DNA of 64,000 bases. Source: an uncultured Aliarcobacter sp. Lineage in GTDB: Bacteria > Campylobacterota > Campylobacteria > Campylobacterales > Arcobacteraceae. The DNA lies in NCBI GenBank assembly GCA_963677435.1, contig OY781945.1:512001-576000 (forward strand). Reading direction: 5' to 3'. The position numbers were made by a program, and so were the translations under genes. Under the pieces are notes generated by a model. It was not told the origin of the DNA, ran no database searches, and saw only the letters and a list, made by a program, of their open reading frames with translations. This document shows positions 30,781 to 41,260 of this stretch, one piece after another. Within the stretch, counting starts at the first letter, position 1; the number at the start of each line of letters is the position of its first letter.

Positions 30781-30903
30781 TAAAAGTCCTCTTTTGGAAT
30801 ATTTCAGCGTTGGTCTGCAAAATTTAAAAGACGCACTTACAACAGTAAGCTCCTCTTTTAAATTTCTTGACCGCCTTGAACTATCCTCAAAATAGAACTT
30901 TTA
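30781..30903. mobile_element. 123-bp long imperfect palindrome, candidate ERIC/RPE-like MITE
   Basis: Ends TAAAAGT/ACTTTTA, inner arms AAATTTAAAAGA/TCTTTTAAATTT, core CTTAC-AACA-GTAAG. Confidence 0.6.
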
Positions 30904-30991
30904 GGGTAACTTTGACCGTGATGTCATAAAACTAGATAGATTTGAAAAGATATAAATTAAATAAAAAATTAAAACTTGATAAGGATATAAA

Positions 30992-32875
30992 ATGAGTAAA
31001 GTAATTGGAATAGATTTAGGAACAACAAACTCTTGTATAGCAGTTTATGAAGGTGGGGAAGCTAAAATTATCCCTAATAAAGAGGGAAAAAATACAACTC
31101 CATCAATCGTTGCATTCACAGATAAAGGTGAAGTTTTAGTGGGAGATCCTGCAAAAAGACAAGCGATTACAAATCCAGAAAAAACTATTTATTCAATCAA
31201 AAGAATTATGGGTCTAATGATGGATGAGCCAAATGCGAAAGCAGCTCAATCAAAAGTTGGATATAAAATTGTTGATAGAAATGGTGCAGCAGCTGTTGAA
31301 ATTGGTGGAAAAGTTTATACTCCACAAGAAATTTCTGCAAAAATTTTATCAAAATTAAAAGCAGATGCTGAAGAGTATTTAGGAACAGCTGTTACTGATG
31401 CTGTTATTACAGTTCCTGCATACTTCAATGATGCACAAAGAAAAGCAACTCAAGAAGCTGGAACAATTGCTGGTCTTAATGTATTAAGAATCATTAATGA
31501 GCCAACAGCTGCTTCATTAGCTTATGGTTTAGATAAAAAAGGTGAAGAAAAAGTTCTAGTTTACGATTTAGGTGGAGGAACTTTTGACGTTACTGTTTTA
31601 GAAATTGGTGATGGAACTTTTGAAGTACTTTCAACTGATGGAAATGCATTTCTAGGTGGAGATGACTTCGATAATAGAATTATTGATTGGTTAGCAAAAG
31701 AGTTCAAAGATGAAAATGGATTTGATGTTAAAAACGACAAAATGGCATTACAAAGATTAAAAGATGCTGCTGAAAATGCTAAAAAAGAGTTATCATCAGC
31801 TGAATCAACAGAAATCAACTTACCATTTATCTCTATGGGAAGTGCAGGTCCTGTTCACTTAGTTAAATCATTAACAAGAGCAAAATTTGAGTCTATGACT
31901 GAAGATTTAATTAACGAAACTTTAGACCATATTAAAATTGCATTAAAAGATGCTGGATTAAGTAAAGACGAAATTCAAGAAATTATCATGGTTGGTGGAT
32001 CTACAAGATTACCAAAAGCAAATAAAGTTGTTAGAGATTTCTTTGGAAAAGATTTAAATAAAGGTGTAAACCCTGATGAAGTAGTTGCTGCGGGAGCTGC
32101 TGTTCAAGCTGGAGTTTTAAAAGGTGATGTTAAAGATGTATTATTACTAGATGTTACTCCTTTATCTTTAGGAATTGAAACTTTAGGTGGAGTTATGACT
32201 AAATTAATTGAAAAAGGAACTACAATTCCTGTTAAAAAATCTCAAGTATTTAGTACGGCTGAAGATAATCAACCAGCAGTTTCTATTCATGTTTCTCAAG
32301 GGGAAAGAGAATTTGCAAGAGATAACAAATCTTTAGGTATGTTTGAACTTTCAGATATCCCAGCAGCTCCAAGAGGTGTTCCACAAATTGAAGTAACATT
32401 TGATATTGATGCAAATGGTGTTTTAAATGTAAGTGCTAAAGATAAAGGAACTGGTAAAGAGAATAAAATTACTATTTCTGGTTCATCTGGATTAAGTGAT
32501 GCAGAAATTGAAAAAATGGTTCAAGAAGCAGAAGCAAATAAAGAGACTGATGCTAAGAAAAAAGCTGTAATTGAAGTAAGAAATCAAGCGGATGCTTTAT
32601 TACACTCAACAAGAAAAACTTTAGAAGAAAATGAGAGTGCAGTTAGCGAAGAAGAGAAAAAAGCTATCATTGATGCAGCAGCTGATTTAGAAGAAGTTTT
32701 AAAAGATGATAATGCTTCAAAAGAACAAATTGAAGAAAAATTAAAATCTTTAACAGAAAAATCTCATAAATTAGCAGAAGCTATGTACAAAAAAGAGGGT
32801 GGTGAAGCTGGTGCTCAACCAAATCAAAAAGCAAAAAAAGATGACGATGATGTTATCGACGCTGAAGTAGAGTAA
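30992..32875 (+). CDS. dnaK: Chaperone Hsp70
   Basis: [37 protein letters not shown]. Confidence 0.98.
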   Translation: MSKVIGIDLGTTNSCIAVYEGGEAKIIPNKEGKNTTPSIVAFTDKGEVLVGDPAKRQAITNPEKTIYSIKRIMGLMMDEPNAKAAQSKVGYKIVDRNGAAAVEIGGKVYTPQEISAKILSKLKADAEEYLGTAVTDAVITVPAYFNDAQRKATQEAGTIAGLNVLRIINEPTAASLAYGLDKKGEEKVLVYDLGGGTFDVTVLEIGDGTFEVLSTDGNAFLGGDDFDNRIIDWLAKEFKDENGFDVKNDKMALQRLKDAAENAKKELSSAESTEINLPFISMGSAGPVHLVKSLTRAKFESMTEDLINETLDHIKIALKDAGLSKDEIQEIIMVGGSTRLPKANKVVRDFFGKDLNKGVNPDEVVAAGAAVQAGVLKGDVKDVLLLDVTPLSLGIETLGGVMTKLIEKGTTIPVKKSQVFSTAEDNQPAVSIHVSQGEREFARDNKSLGMFELSDIPAAPRGVPQIEVTFDIDANGVLNVSAKDKGTGKENKITISGSSGLSDAEIEKMVQEAEANKETDAKKKAVIEVRNQADALLHSTRKTLEENESAVSEEEKKAIIDAAADLEEVLKDDNASKEQIEEKLKSLTEKSHKLAEAMYKKEGGEAGAQPNQKAKKDDDDVIDAEVE

Positions 32876-32886
32876 ATCTCTGCTTC

Positions 32887-33186
32887 ATGCAAACTCTTTT
32901 CTTAATTTTAATACTTTTTTTAATCTCTATATTTTCAGTACTTCTATATTTTAAAACTAATAAAAACAGACTTGATTTATTAAGTAGTGGCGAATGCCCA
33001 GCTTGTAAACAAAAAACAAAAACATTTTTTGATAAAAATACTAATACAACTTTTACAAGTGAAATAATATCAAGTAGAGTTTTGAAAAACCATGGTTGTT
33101 CAGGTGTAACTGAAGTAGAATTCACTTGCAAAAGTTGTGGATTAAAAGAAATTCACCAAGTTCCAAATAGTGGGTGTTCTTTTTAA
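32887..33186 (+). CDS. Small membrane-anchored zinc-ribbon-like protein
   Basis: N-terminal TM helix, CPAC...CKSC. Confidence 0.65.
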   Translation: MQTLFLILILFLISIFSVLLYFKTNKNRLDLLSSGECPACKQKTKTFFDKNTNTTFTSEIISSRVLKNHGCSGVTEVEFTCKSCGLKEIHQVPNSGCSF

Positions 33187-33261
33187 AAAATATTTATAAA
33201 GTTTTGCTTTATTATTGCTATAAAGTTTCGATATACTTAGTAAAAATATTAGGTATAAAAG

Positions 33262-35229
33262 ATGAATGATTTTATAAAAGTAGTAAACTTAGAAGAGAAC
33301 GATATTAGTGCAGATATAATTAACAACTTGTATTTTCAAGATAATGCTCCAAAGTTAGTTTTGGGATTTATCTCACCTCATATAAATTTTGAATCCATTT
33401 CAAAGAAAATAAAATCTTTACTTCCCCCTTCAACAAAATTAGTTCTAACAACTACTGCTGGTGAATTATGTACTTTTAACTTTGATAAAAAAAGAGATTA
33501 CTTATATAATGATGCAAGTACAACTTGGAAAAATATTGTATTGCAAAGTTTTAGTGATGAGATTATTGATAAAGTTGAAATATTAACAGTTCCTTTATTT
33601 AGTGAAAATATTACAAGCCAAAATATTACTCATAAAGAAAGAATTAAAAAAATCAGTGATGAAATTTCAAAATTACATATTCCCTTTAAAATAAATCATG
33701 ACCATACTTTTGCTTTGACTTTTGTAGATGGTTTATCAAATAGTGAAAGTTTTTTTACAGAAGCTGTATATAAAAGTGGGAAACTTCCATGTTTATTAAT
33801 TGGTGGTTCTGCTGGTGGAAAATTAGATTTTAAAGAGACTTATATCTTTAATAATACAGAAGCAGTTAGACATAAAGCTGTAATTACTTTAGTTAAATTA
33901 AAAGAAAATATCAGATATGGAGTTTTTAAATCACAAAGTTGTGATGAAACAAATGTTTCATTTTTAGTTGCTCAATCAAATATGTTAAATAGAAGTGTTC
34001 AAAGTGTTTTAAATCCAAGAGATAACAAAATTATCAATTTTGTGGATGCATTATGTAAAACATTTAAATGTGATTTAGAAGATTTACCAGCTGCACTTTC
34101 TGAATATAGTTTTGCTATTAAACTAGATGATGAATTATATATAAGATCAGTTTCAAACCTAGATATTGCAAATAAAAATATTTCATTTTTTTGTGATATA
34201 TCTTTTGGTGATATTTTATATCTAGTAAAAAATAAAGAGTTTGTAAGCCAAACTGATAGAGATTTTGCAACATATTCTTCAACAAAAAAAGAAAAACCAA
34301 TTGGTGCTATATTTAATGATTGTATATTAAGAAGATTGTTTAACTCAAAAAATCTTAATTCATTAAAAACTTTTAATGATATTCCATTAGCTGGATGTTC
34401 AACTTTTGGAGAGCTTTTAGGTTTAAATATCAACCAAACATTAACCGCACTTTTTTTCTATAAAGTAGAAGAAAATAGTGATTTTTATGATGATTTTGCA
34501 GATAATTTTGTTGATAAATATGCTTCTTATCATTCATATTATAAACAAAGAGAAATTCATCAATATCAACTTCTATCAAAGGTTAGAACAGAATTATTAG
34601 AAAATCTAAAAGAAACTTTTCCTTTAATTCAAGATATGGTAAAAATCCTCAATTTTGTATATGAAAATACAACAGAAGATAACAAAGTGATTGATAAGGT
34701 GCTAGAAAATTTTGTAATGTTTACAAAAGATATTACTCACAATGTTGAACAAAATAATAATCTTGTAGCTGATATGGATGTTTTAACTTCAAATGCTGCT
34801 GATATTAAAAAAGTATTATCTTCAATCTCAGGAATTGCAATACAAACAAATCTTTTAGCTTTAAATGCTGCAATTGAAGCTTCTCGAGCAGGTGAATATG
34901 GAAATGGATTTGCAGTAGTTGCGGATGAAGTAAAAAAACTTGCTAAAAAAACACAAATAAGTTTAACTGAAACAAATGCTTCTGTAAATATTGCAATAAA
35001 AGGAATAAAAAGTGTTTCAGAAGTGATAAATAGTTCAAGTGACAAATTATCAAAAGTTTCACTAAATATGAATGATATAAATGAATCGTTTTTGAAAATA
35101 CACTCAAGTTCTAAGCAAAGTAATAGTTTTATTGCTGGTAAAAAAAGTAATTTTGATAAGTTGATTAATAGTATAAGTTTAATTGAAGATATTCAAAAAG
35201 AACTTGGAAAATTAGAGAAACCTATTTAA
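33262..35229 (+). CDS. Cytoplasmic FIST-domain methyl-accepting chemotaxis protein
   Basis: [33 protein letters not shown] (FIST), then [32 protein letters not shown] (MCP). Confidence 0.88.
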   Translation: MNDFIKVVNLEENDISADIINNLYFQDNAPKLVLGFISPHINFESISKKIKSLLPPSTKLVLTTTAGELCTFNFDKKRDYLYNDASTTWKNIVLQSFSDEIIDKVEILTVPLFSENITSQNITHKERIKKISDEISKLHIPFKINHDHTFALTFVDGLSNSESFFTEAVYKSGKLPCLLIGGSAGGKLDFKETYIFNNTEAVRHKAVITLVKLKENIRYGVFKSQSCDETNVSFLVAQSNMLNRSVQSVLNPRDNKIINFVDALCKTFKCDLEDLPAALSEYSFAIKLDDELYIRSVSNLDIANKNISFFCDISFGDILYLVKNKEFVSQTDRDFATYSSTKKEKPIGAIFNDCILRRLFNSKNLNSLKTFNDIPLAGCSTFGELLGLNINQTLTALFFYKVEENSDFYDDFADNFVDKYASYHSYYKQREIHQYQLLSKVRTELLENLKETFPLIQDMVKILNFVYENTTEDNKVIDKVLENFVMFTKDITHNVEQNNNLVADMDVLTSNAADIKKVLSSISGIAIQTNLLALNAAIEASRAGEYGNGFAVVADEVKKLAKKTQISLTETNASVNIAIKGIKSVSEVINSSSDKLSKVSLNMNDINESFLKIHSSSKQSNSFIAGKKSNFDKLINSISLIEDIQKELGKLEKPI

Positions 35230-35241
35230 TAAATAGGTTTC
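35217..35241. terminator. Bidirectional terminator hairpin
   Basis: GAAACCTATTT-AAT-AAATAGGTTTC between convergent genes. Confidence 0.7.
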
Positions 35242-35250
35242 AATTTTTAT

Positions 35251-35490
35251 TTACATACAACAACCATTTCCACAACAGTTATCACGGGCTCCTGTATAGA
35301 ATGAAATTACAAAATTATTGAACATCTCTTGAAGTTCAAATTCATGTTTTTTACAAAAATCCTTATTCATAATATTTTTCATCTCTATTGCTTTTGTTAA
35401 TGCTTCGTCTTTTGATTCAAAAGTTAAATTATTTTCTAAATTACTATTTTTAAAACATCCACATTGATTTGCTACAACTATTTTATACAT
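35251..35490 (-). CDS. Small Cys-rich hypothetical protein
   Basis: AAGGA RBS, CGCF...FCKKH...CCGNGCC. Confidence 0.72.
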   Translation of the reverse strand: MYKIVVANQCGCFKNSNLENNLTFESKDEALTKAIEMKNIMNKDFCKKHEFELQEMFNNFVISFYTGARDNCCGNGCCM

Positions 35491-35609
35491 AAAAAAATCC
35501 TTAAAAATTTGATAAATTAATAGTGCAAGGTTAGCTAAATTTCTATTAAAGCAATTTAAGAAGTAAAAATAGATAAAATAAGAAGATAATTGATTAAAAA
35601 AGGAAAATA

Positions 35610-36416
35610 ATGCACATTACAAATCTTATCTCTTTGAATTTTGGAAAATTCGCTAAAAAGGAGTTTCCATCATTAATTCAAAAATTCATAAATGCATCTT
35701 ATGTAAAACTTATGGGTTTAAATATGAGCGAATTCAAAAATGCAAGATATTATAAATCTTTAAATGATTTATTTACAAGAGAATTGATTATTACAAGAGA
35801 AATTGATAAAAGTAAAGATGTAATTATATCTCCAACTGATAGTTTAATCACACAATGTGGACAAATAAAAGAAGATATTGCTTTACAAATAAAAGGAATG
35901 GAATATAGTGTTGAAGAGTTATTAACATATTATTGTACTTCAAACTTTGAAAAGGTAAAAAATGGCTCTTTTATGAATTTTTATTTATCTCCAAAAGATT
36001 ATCATAGATACCATGCTCCTTGCGATTTTAATTTATTAAAACTAGTTCATGTTCCTGGAAAACTTTATCCTGTTAATTTAAAGTATCTAAATAAAGAGTT
36101 AGAACTTTTTGTACAAAACGAAAGAGTAATTTTAGAGTGCGAAACTAATGGAAAAATATTTTATATGGTATTTGTTGGGGCTTTAAATGTTGGACAAATG
36201 GTATTTGAATTTGAAGATAGAGTTGAAACAAATATTGATGCTAAAGAGATGAAAGTTTACACTTATGAAAATATTGAAATAACTAAAGGTGAATGTTTAG
36301 GTTATTTCAAAATGGGTTCAACAGTTGTTATGCTTTGGGAAGATTCTATGGTAGAACTAGAAGATTTACTAAATAAAGATGTGAGATTTGGACAAAAAAT
36401 AGCAAGAGCATTATAA
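35610..36416 (+). CDS. psd: Phosphatidylserine decarboxylase proenzyme
   Basis: YLSPKDYHRYHAP, NERV, VGALNVG, FKMGSTV (autocleavage GST). Confidence 0.93.
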   Translation: MHITNLISLNFGKFAKKEFPSLIQKFINASYVKLMGLNMSEFKNARYYKSLNDLFTRELIITREIDKSKDVIISPTDSLITQCGQIKEDIALQIKGMEYSVEELLTYYCTSNFEKVKNGSFMNFYLSPKDYHRYHAPCDFNLLKLVHVPGKLYPVNLKYLNKELELFVQNERVILECETNGKIFYMVFVGALNVGQMVFEFEDRVETNIDAKEMKVYTYENIEITKGECLGYFKMGSTVVMLWEDSMVELEDLLNKDVRFGQKIARAL

Positions 36417-36440
36417 TTTAATTTTAAAAGTTGGATAATT

Positions 36441-38486
36441 ATGAATAATAAAATATTTCTAAAAATCGGTTGGTTATTTATTATAAGTTTATTAGTCTAT
36501 CTATTTTTTGTTGTATTTTTTTTATCACCAAAAGTAAATAATTATCTAACTCAAACTGAAATAGAGAATTCAAAAACACAATTTAATAAAATTGTTTCTA
36601 TTATAAATAATAAATCAAAAAGTATTGAAAATAAAGCAGAATTAGAAAAAGAAATTGAATTATTAATAACTAGTTTTACTTTAGGAAAAACAGGTTATAT
36701 TTATTTGATTGATAATTCTGGAAAAATAATTTTTGACCCAAGCGGTGAGTTTCAAAATAAAGATCTATTAACTACAATTTTGCCTCAAAATGGTAAAAAA
36801 CTTTTTAATGAAATCAAAGATAGTTATAACAAAAGAGAAGTACTTGAATATGACTGGAACAAAATCTATGACCCTTACAATTATAAATATAAAAAAATAT
36901 CTTGGATAGAATATAATAAAAACTTAGATTGTTATATTGTTTCATCTGTATATAAAGAAGATTTTTCTTCATATGTTCAAGGTATTAATTCATTAATATT
37001 AAATATCTCAATGCTCTTATTTGGTGTGTTAGCAATAATTGGAGTATTTATTACAATAAAAGTTATTGCTCCAATAAATAAAATGTTCTCAGAAGTAAAA
37101 AAAGCTAATATTGATTCTAATAGTTTTGAGAATGGAGTTAAAACAAAAGATGAAATAGGTTTTTTAGCTACACAATTTAATACTTTACTTGATCAAGTTG
37201 AAACAAATAGAGTACATTTTGAAGAACAAGTTCAAGTAAAAACTCAAGAGATTCAAAATAGATTGTATTATGATGATTTAACAAGTTTAAAAAATAGACT
37301 GGCTTTAGAAGATGATATAAAAGATAATGAATTTGTATCTGTTGCATTAATTGATATTGATGCTTTTGATGATATTAATGAACTTTATGGTTTTTCAACT
37401 GGAAATTTAGTTTTAATTGAAGTTGCAAAAATACTAAGTGAATTTTCATCAAAATATAGTGTTTCTGCATATAGAATATATGGAAATGTATACTGCTTAG
37501 CAGATAAAAAGATGATGGGATTTTCTAAATATAATGATTTTATTACAGAATTAGAAACACTTTTTAAAAATAAACCTATTTATATTGAACAACTAGATAT
37601 TGATATTTTCATAAACATAACTTTAGGTATATCAATTGCCCAAGAAGAACCTATAAAAACTGCAGGAATTGCTCTTAAAAAAGCCAAAAAAAGTAATATG
37701 CCTTTTTTTGTTTATAATAATGATATTGATACAAAAGAGATTATAAAAAAATCTATTTATTGGAGAGAGAAATTAAAAAGAGCAATAGAAGAGAGCAAAG
37801 TTACACCATTTTATCAAGCAATTTTTGATAGAAATAAAAATATTGTTAAATATGAAACTTTAATGAGAATAGAAGATACTAATGAAAAAGGTGAAACTAC
37901 TTATATTAGTCCATATTTATTTTTGGATATTTCAGTTAAAACAAAACAGTATTTACAACTATCAAATCAAGTAATCTCAAAAGCTTTAAATGATTTAATA
38001 AAAACAGATAAACAAATCTCTATAAATTTAAGTTTTAAAGATATATTAGATAGTGAATTTATAGTTTCACTAGATAAAAATTTAGATAAACTTGAAAATA
38101 TTCATAAACAAAGATTAGTATTTGAAATATTAGAGAGTGATTACATTTCTGATTATACTTTACTTGAAGATTTTATAACTAAATACAGAAATCAAGGTAT
38201 AAAAATTGCCATTGATGATTTTGGAACAGGTTATTCAAATTTTGCACATATTTTAAAAATTAGACCAAATTATATAAAAATTGATGGTTCTTTAATTAAA
38301 AATATTAATACAGATAAAAACTCTTATGAAATGGTAAAATCAGTTGTTGATTTTTCAAAAGCTTTAAATATAACAACTATTGCAGAGTTTGTGCATTCAT
38401 CTGAGGTATTTGAATCGCTTTTAGAATTAGGTATCAATGAATTTCAGGGATTTTATTTAGCTGAACCTAAAACTAATATTTTCTGA
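36441..38486 (+). CDS. Membrane Cache/HAMP + degenerate GGDEF + EAL c-di-GMP phosphodiesterase
   Basis: GKTGYIYLID, DEIGFL, YRIYGNVY, YETLMR, IDDFGTGYS, AEFV, QGFY. Confidence 0.88.
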   Translation: MNNKIFLKIGWLFIISLLVYLFFVVFFLSPKVNNYLTQTEIENSKTQFNKIVSIINNKSKSIENKAELEKEIELLITSFTLGKTGYIYLIDNSGKIIFDPSGEFQNKDLLTTILPQNGKKLFNEIKDSYNKREVLEYDWNKIYDPYNYKYKKISWIEYNKNLDCYIVSSVYKEDFSSYVQGINSLILNISMLLFGVLAIIGVFITIKVIAPINKMFSEVKKANIDSNSFENGVKTKDEIGFLATQFNTLLDQVETNRVHFEEQVQVKTQEIQNRLYYDDLTSLKNRLALEDDIKDNEFVSVALIDIDAFDDINELYGFSTGNLVLIEVAKILSEFSSKYSVSAYRIYGNVYCLADKKMMGFSKYNDFITELETLFKNKPIYIEQLDIDIFINITLGISIAQEEPIKTAGIALKKAKKSNMPFFVYNNDIDTKEIIKKSIYWREKLKRAIEESKVTPFYQAIFDRNKNIVKYETLMRIEDTNEKGETTYISPYLFLDISVKTKQYLQLSNQVISKALNDLIKTDKQISINLSFKDILDSEFIVSLDKNLDKLENIHKQRLVFEILESDYISDYTLLEDFITKYRNQGIKIAIDDFGTGYSNFAHILKIRPNYIKIDGSLIKNINTDKNSYEMVKSVVDFSKALNITTIAEFVHSSEVFESLLELGINEFQGFYLAEPKTNIF

Positions 38487-38538
38487 TTTTAATTAAACAA
38501 AAGTTTATTGTTGTAAAATATAACAAAAAGGATTTAAT

Positions 38539-38763
38539 ATGTCAACTATTACAGAATTAGGTACATTAGCACTTGCTGGCACTAAAAAAGGAAAAATTTC
38601 TATTTCAAATGTAACTGAGCCTTATGGAAAAGATACTCCTGATATCGTAAGTATTGGTATATCTTTAAATGGGCAAGATGTTCAATGGAAATCTCACCTT
38701 CCTTATGAAAATTTAGAGGATGTAATTGCAATATTACAAAAAGCTTTAGATAGCAAAAAATAG
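38539..38763 (+). CDS. Small hypothetical protein
   Basis: AAAGGA RBS, 74-aa ORF with typical codon usage. Confidence 0.7.
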   Translation: MSTITELGTLALAGTKKGKISISNVTEPYGKDTPDIVSIGISLNGQDVQWKSHLPYENLEDVIAILQKALDSKK

Positions 38764-38820
38764 ATTTCGTAATTTTATGTAATCATTTTGTGATATAATA
38801 CCCTTTTTAAGAGGTTTATT

Positions 38821-39243
38821 ATGTCACAAAAAAGAGTTATAGGAAGAAGAGAAATAATATCTATTCTAGATTTAGAACTGTTCGAATTAGATGCAAAAGT
38901 TGATACTGGAGCAGATTCTAATTCTCTACATTGCGATGATATTTTTATAGATGATGAGAATTTTGTACACTTCACATTATTAGATGAAATTCATCCTGCT
39001 TACCATGGTAAAAAAATGAAAATCCCCCTTTTTAAACTCAAAAGAGTAAAAAGTTCTAATGGAACTGTACAATTAAGAGCTTCAATAAAAGTGGATATAT
39101 TATTTTTTGGTAAAAAATACAAAACTATAGTTTCCCTAACTAATCGATCAGATATGAAATATCCAATGTTAATTGGAAGAAAATTTTTAACAGATCGTTT
39201 TTTAGTTGATGTTTCACAAGAATATCTTACAAAAGCCAAATAG
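38821..39243 (+). CDS. RimK-associated retropepsin-like protease (RimB-like / 'ATP-dependent Zn protease')
   Basis: AKVDTGADSNSL, VKSSNG, LTNRSDMKYPMLIGR. Confidence 0.85.
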   Translation: MSQKRVIGRREIISILDLELFELDAKVDTGADSNSLHCDDIFIDDENFVHFTLLDEIHPAYHGKKMKIPLFKLKRVKSSNGTVQLRASIKVDILFFGKKYKTIVSLTNRSDMKYPMLIGRKFLTDRFLVDVSQEYLTKAK

Positions 39244-39254
39244 AAGAGGTCAAA

Positions 39255-40187
39255 ATGAGAATTTATATATTATCAAGAAATAAAGATTTATATTCAACTA
39301 AAAGATTAGTTGAAGAAGGAAAAAACAAAGGCTGGGAAGTTAGAGTAATTGATTATTTAAAATGTACAATAGAGATTATGAAAAATGAGTTAGTTGTAAA
39401 TTATGAAGGGAAAGTATTACCCACTCCTGATGCAATAATTCCAAGAATTGGAGCAAGTAGAACATTTTATGGTGCTGCAATGGTAAGGCATTTTGAGATG
39501 TTAGAAGTATTTAGTACAACAGGAAATTTAGCACTTACAAGAAGTAGAGATAAATTAAGAAGTTTACAAGTTCTATCAAGAAACGGTGTTGATATGCCAA
39601 GAACAGTTTTTGCTTCAAATAAATCAAATGCAAAAGATGTAATTGCCCTAAGTGGTGGAGCACCATTAGTTCTAAAAATACTTGAAGGAACTCAAGGTGT
39701 TGGAGTTGTTTTAGTTGATAGTGAAAAAGCTGCTAAATCAGTTCTTGATGCTTTTTATGGAATGGATGTAAATTTACTTGTACAAGAGTATATAGAAGAA
39801 GCAGGTGGAGCTGACATTAGAGCTTTTGTTGTAAACAATGAAGTTGTTGGTGCAATGAAAAGACAAGGTGCTGAGGGAGATTTCAGATCAAACTTACATC
39901 AAGGTGGAAGTGCAGTTGCATATAAACTTAATAGAAAAGAAAAAGCTACTGCAATTGCTGCTGCTAAAGCTATGGGACTTGGAGTTTGTGGAGTTGATAT
40001 GATTCCTTCAAAAAGAGGACCTCTTGTAATGGAAGTGAATTCATCACCTGGATTAGAAGGAATTGAAAAATCTACAAATATAAATATTGCAGAAAAAATA
40101 ATGAACTTTATAGAGCAAAGTGTGAAACCTACTTGTCCAGTTAATCCACAAAAAAGAAAAATTAAAAAAGATAATATAGGAGCATAG
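39255..40187 (+). CDS. rimK: RimK alpha-L-glutamate ligase (ATP-grasp)
   Basis: IIPRIGAS, SRDKLRSLQ, EGTQGVGV, FRSNLHQGG, EVNSSPGLEGIE. Confidence 0.93.
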   Translation: MRIYILSRNKDLYSTKRLVEEGKNKGWEVRVIDYLKCTIEIMKNELVVNYEGKVLPTPDAIIPRIGASRTFYGAAMVRHFEMLEVFSTTGNLALTRSRDKLRSLQVLSRNGVDMPRTVFASNKSNAKDVIALSGGAPLVLKILEGTQGVGVVLVDSEKAAKSVLDAFYGMDVNLLVQEYIEEAGGADIRAFVVNNEVVGAMKRQGAEGDFRSNLHQGGSAVAYKLNRKEKATAIAAAKAMGLGVCGVDMIPSKRGPLVMEVNSSPGLEGIEKSTNINIAEKIMNFIEQSVKPTCPVNPQKRKIKKDNIGA

Positions 40188-40193
40188 GAAGAA

Positions 40194-41240
40194 ATGCCCT
40201 TAAAATTAATAATTGCTGGAACAGAGATATTAAAAGGAACAAAAACAACTATAAATTTAGAGTTACCAAAGCTTTATAATACTCCTACGAATCTTCCTAT
40301 TAAGATTATAAGAGGGAAAAAAGATGGTCCTGTTGTTTTTGTTAGTGCGGCAATTCATGGGGATGAATTAAATGGTATTGAAATTATAAGAAGATTAAGA
40401 AAATTAAATATTCTTAATAAATTAAAAGGTACATTAATTCTAGTTCCTATTGTAAATGTCTATGGAATAATGAATCTTTCAAGATATTTACCCGATAGAA
40501 GAGATTTAAATAGAAGTTTCCCAGGAAGCATAAAAGGCTCACTTGCAAGTAGGGTCGCACAGATTTTTTTTGATGAAATAGTATGTAAATGTGATTTAGG
40601 AATAGATTTGCATACGGCTTCAATTCATAAATCTAATCTTCCACAAGTACGAACAAATATTGATGATGAATATACTTTTAATTTAGCAAAATCTTTTCAA
40701 GCACCAGTTGTATTACATTCAGAACTTCGAGATGGTTCATTACGCTCAGTTGCTCAAGAAAGTGGGATTCCAATTTTACTTTATGAAGCAGGTGAAGCTT
40801 TACGATTTCATGAATTCTCTATTAGAATTGGAGTAAAAGGTATAATAAATGTTCTTCGAGAAATGGACATGCTTCCAAATGTTGTTAGAAAAAAGAATTT
40901 TAAATCACCAATCGTTACACGATTTAGTACATGGATTCGTTCAAGTGAGAGTGGAATGTTAAGAACGATAAAAGCTTTAGGTGATACTGTTAAAAAAGAT
41001 GAAATTATTGCTTATATTGATGAACCAATGGGTGATGATAGTTTTGAAATAAAAGCTTTATTTGATGGAGTTATTATTGGAAAATCAGAAATACCGCTTG
41101 TTCAAGAAGGTGATGCTATTTTTCATATTGCAAAATTAAAAAATCTTGAGAGTGCAGAAACAAAATTAGAATATTTCAACGAAAATGTAATTGAACAAAG
41201 TGAATTCTATGAGTTATATAATGAAGAGATAATTGAATAA
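40194..41240 (+). CDS. Succinylglutamate desuccinylase/aspartoacylase (M14-like) family protein
   Basis: AAIHGDELNG, DLNRSFPG, IDLHT, LYEAGE. Confidence 0.9.
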   Translation: MPLKLIIAGTEILKGTKTTINLELPKLYNTPTNLPIKIIRGKKDGPVVFVSAAIHGDELNGIEIIRRLRKLNILNKLKGTLILVPIVNVYGIMNLSRYLPDRRDLNRSFPGSIKGSLASRVAQIFFDEIVCKCDLGIDLHTASIHKSNLPQVRTNIDDEYTFNLAKSFQAPVVLHSELRDGSLRSVAQESGIPILLYEAGEALRFHEFSIRIGVKGIINVLREMDMLPNVVRKKNFKSPIVTRFSTWIRSSESGMLRTIKALGDTVKKDEIIAYIDEPMGDDSFEIKALFDGVIIGKSEIPLVQEGDAIFHIAKLKNLESAETKLEYFNENVIEQSEFYELYNEEIIE

Positions 41241-41260
41241 GAAGTTTTGTTTACTTCTTA
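41238..41260. terminator. Short hairpin between convergent genes
   Basis: TAAGAAGT-N7-ACTTCTTA. Confidence 0.5.

Noticed and set aside
30781..30903. Palindrome considered as 6S RNA or SRP RNA
   Set aside because: Too short for 6S, lacks the SRP GGAA-tetraloop domain IV motif, and has no evident promoter of its own.
33195..33237. TAAAGTTT repeats upstream of the chemoreceptor as a sigma28 promoter
   Set aside because: No GCCGATAA at the correct spacing; TGcTATAAA and TATACT fit sigma70 better.
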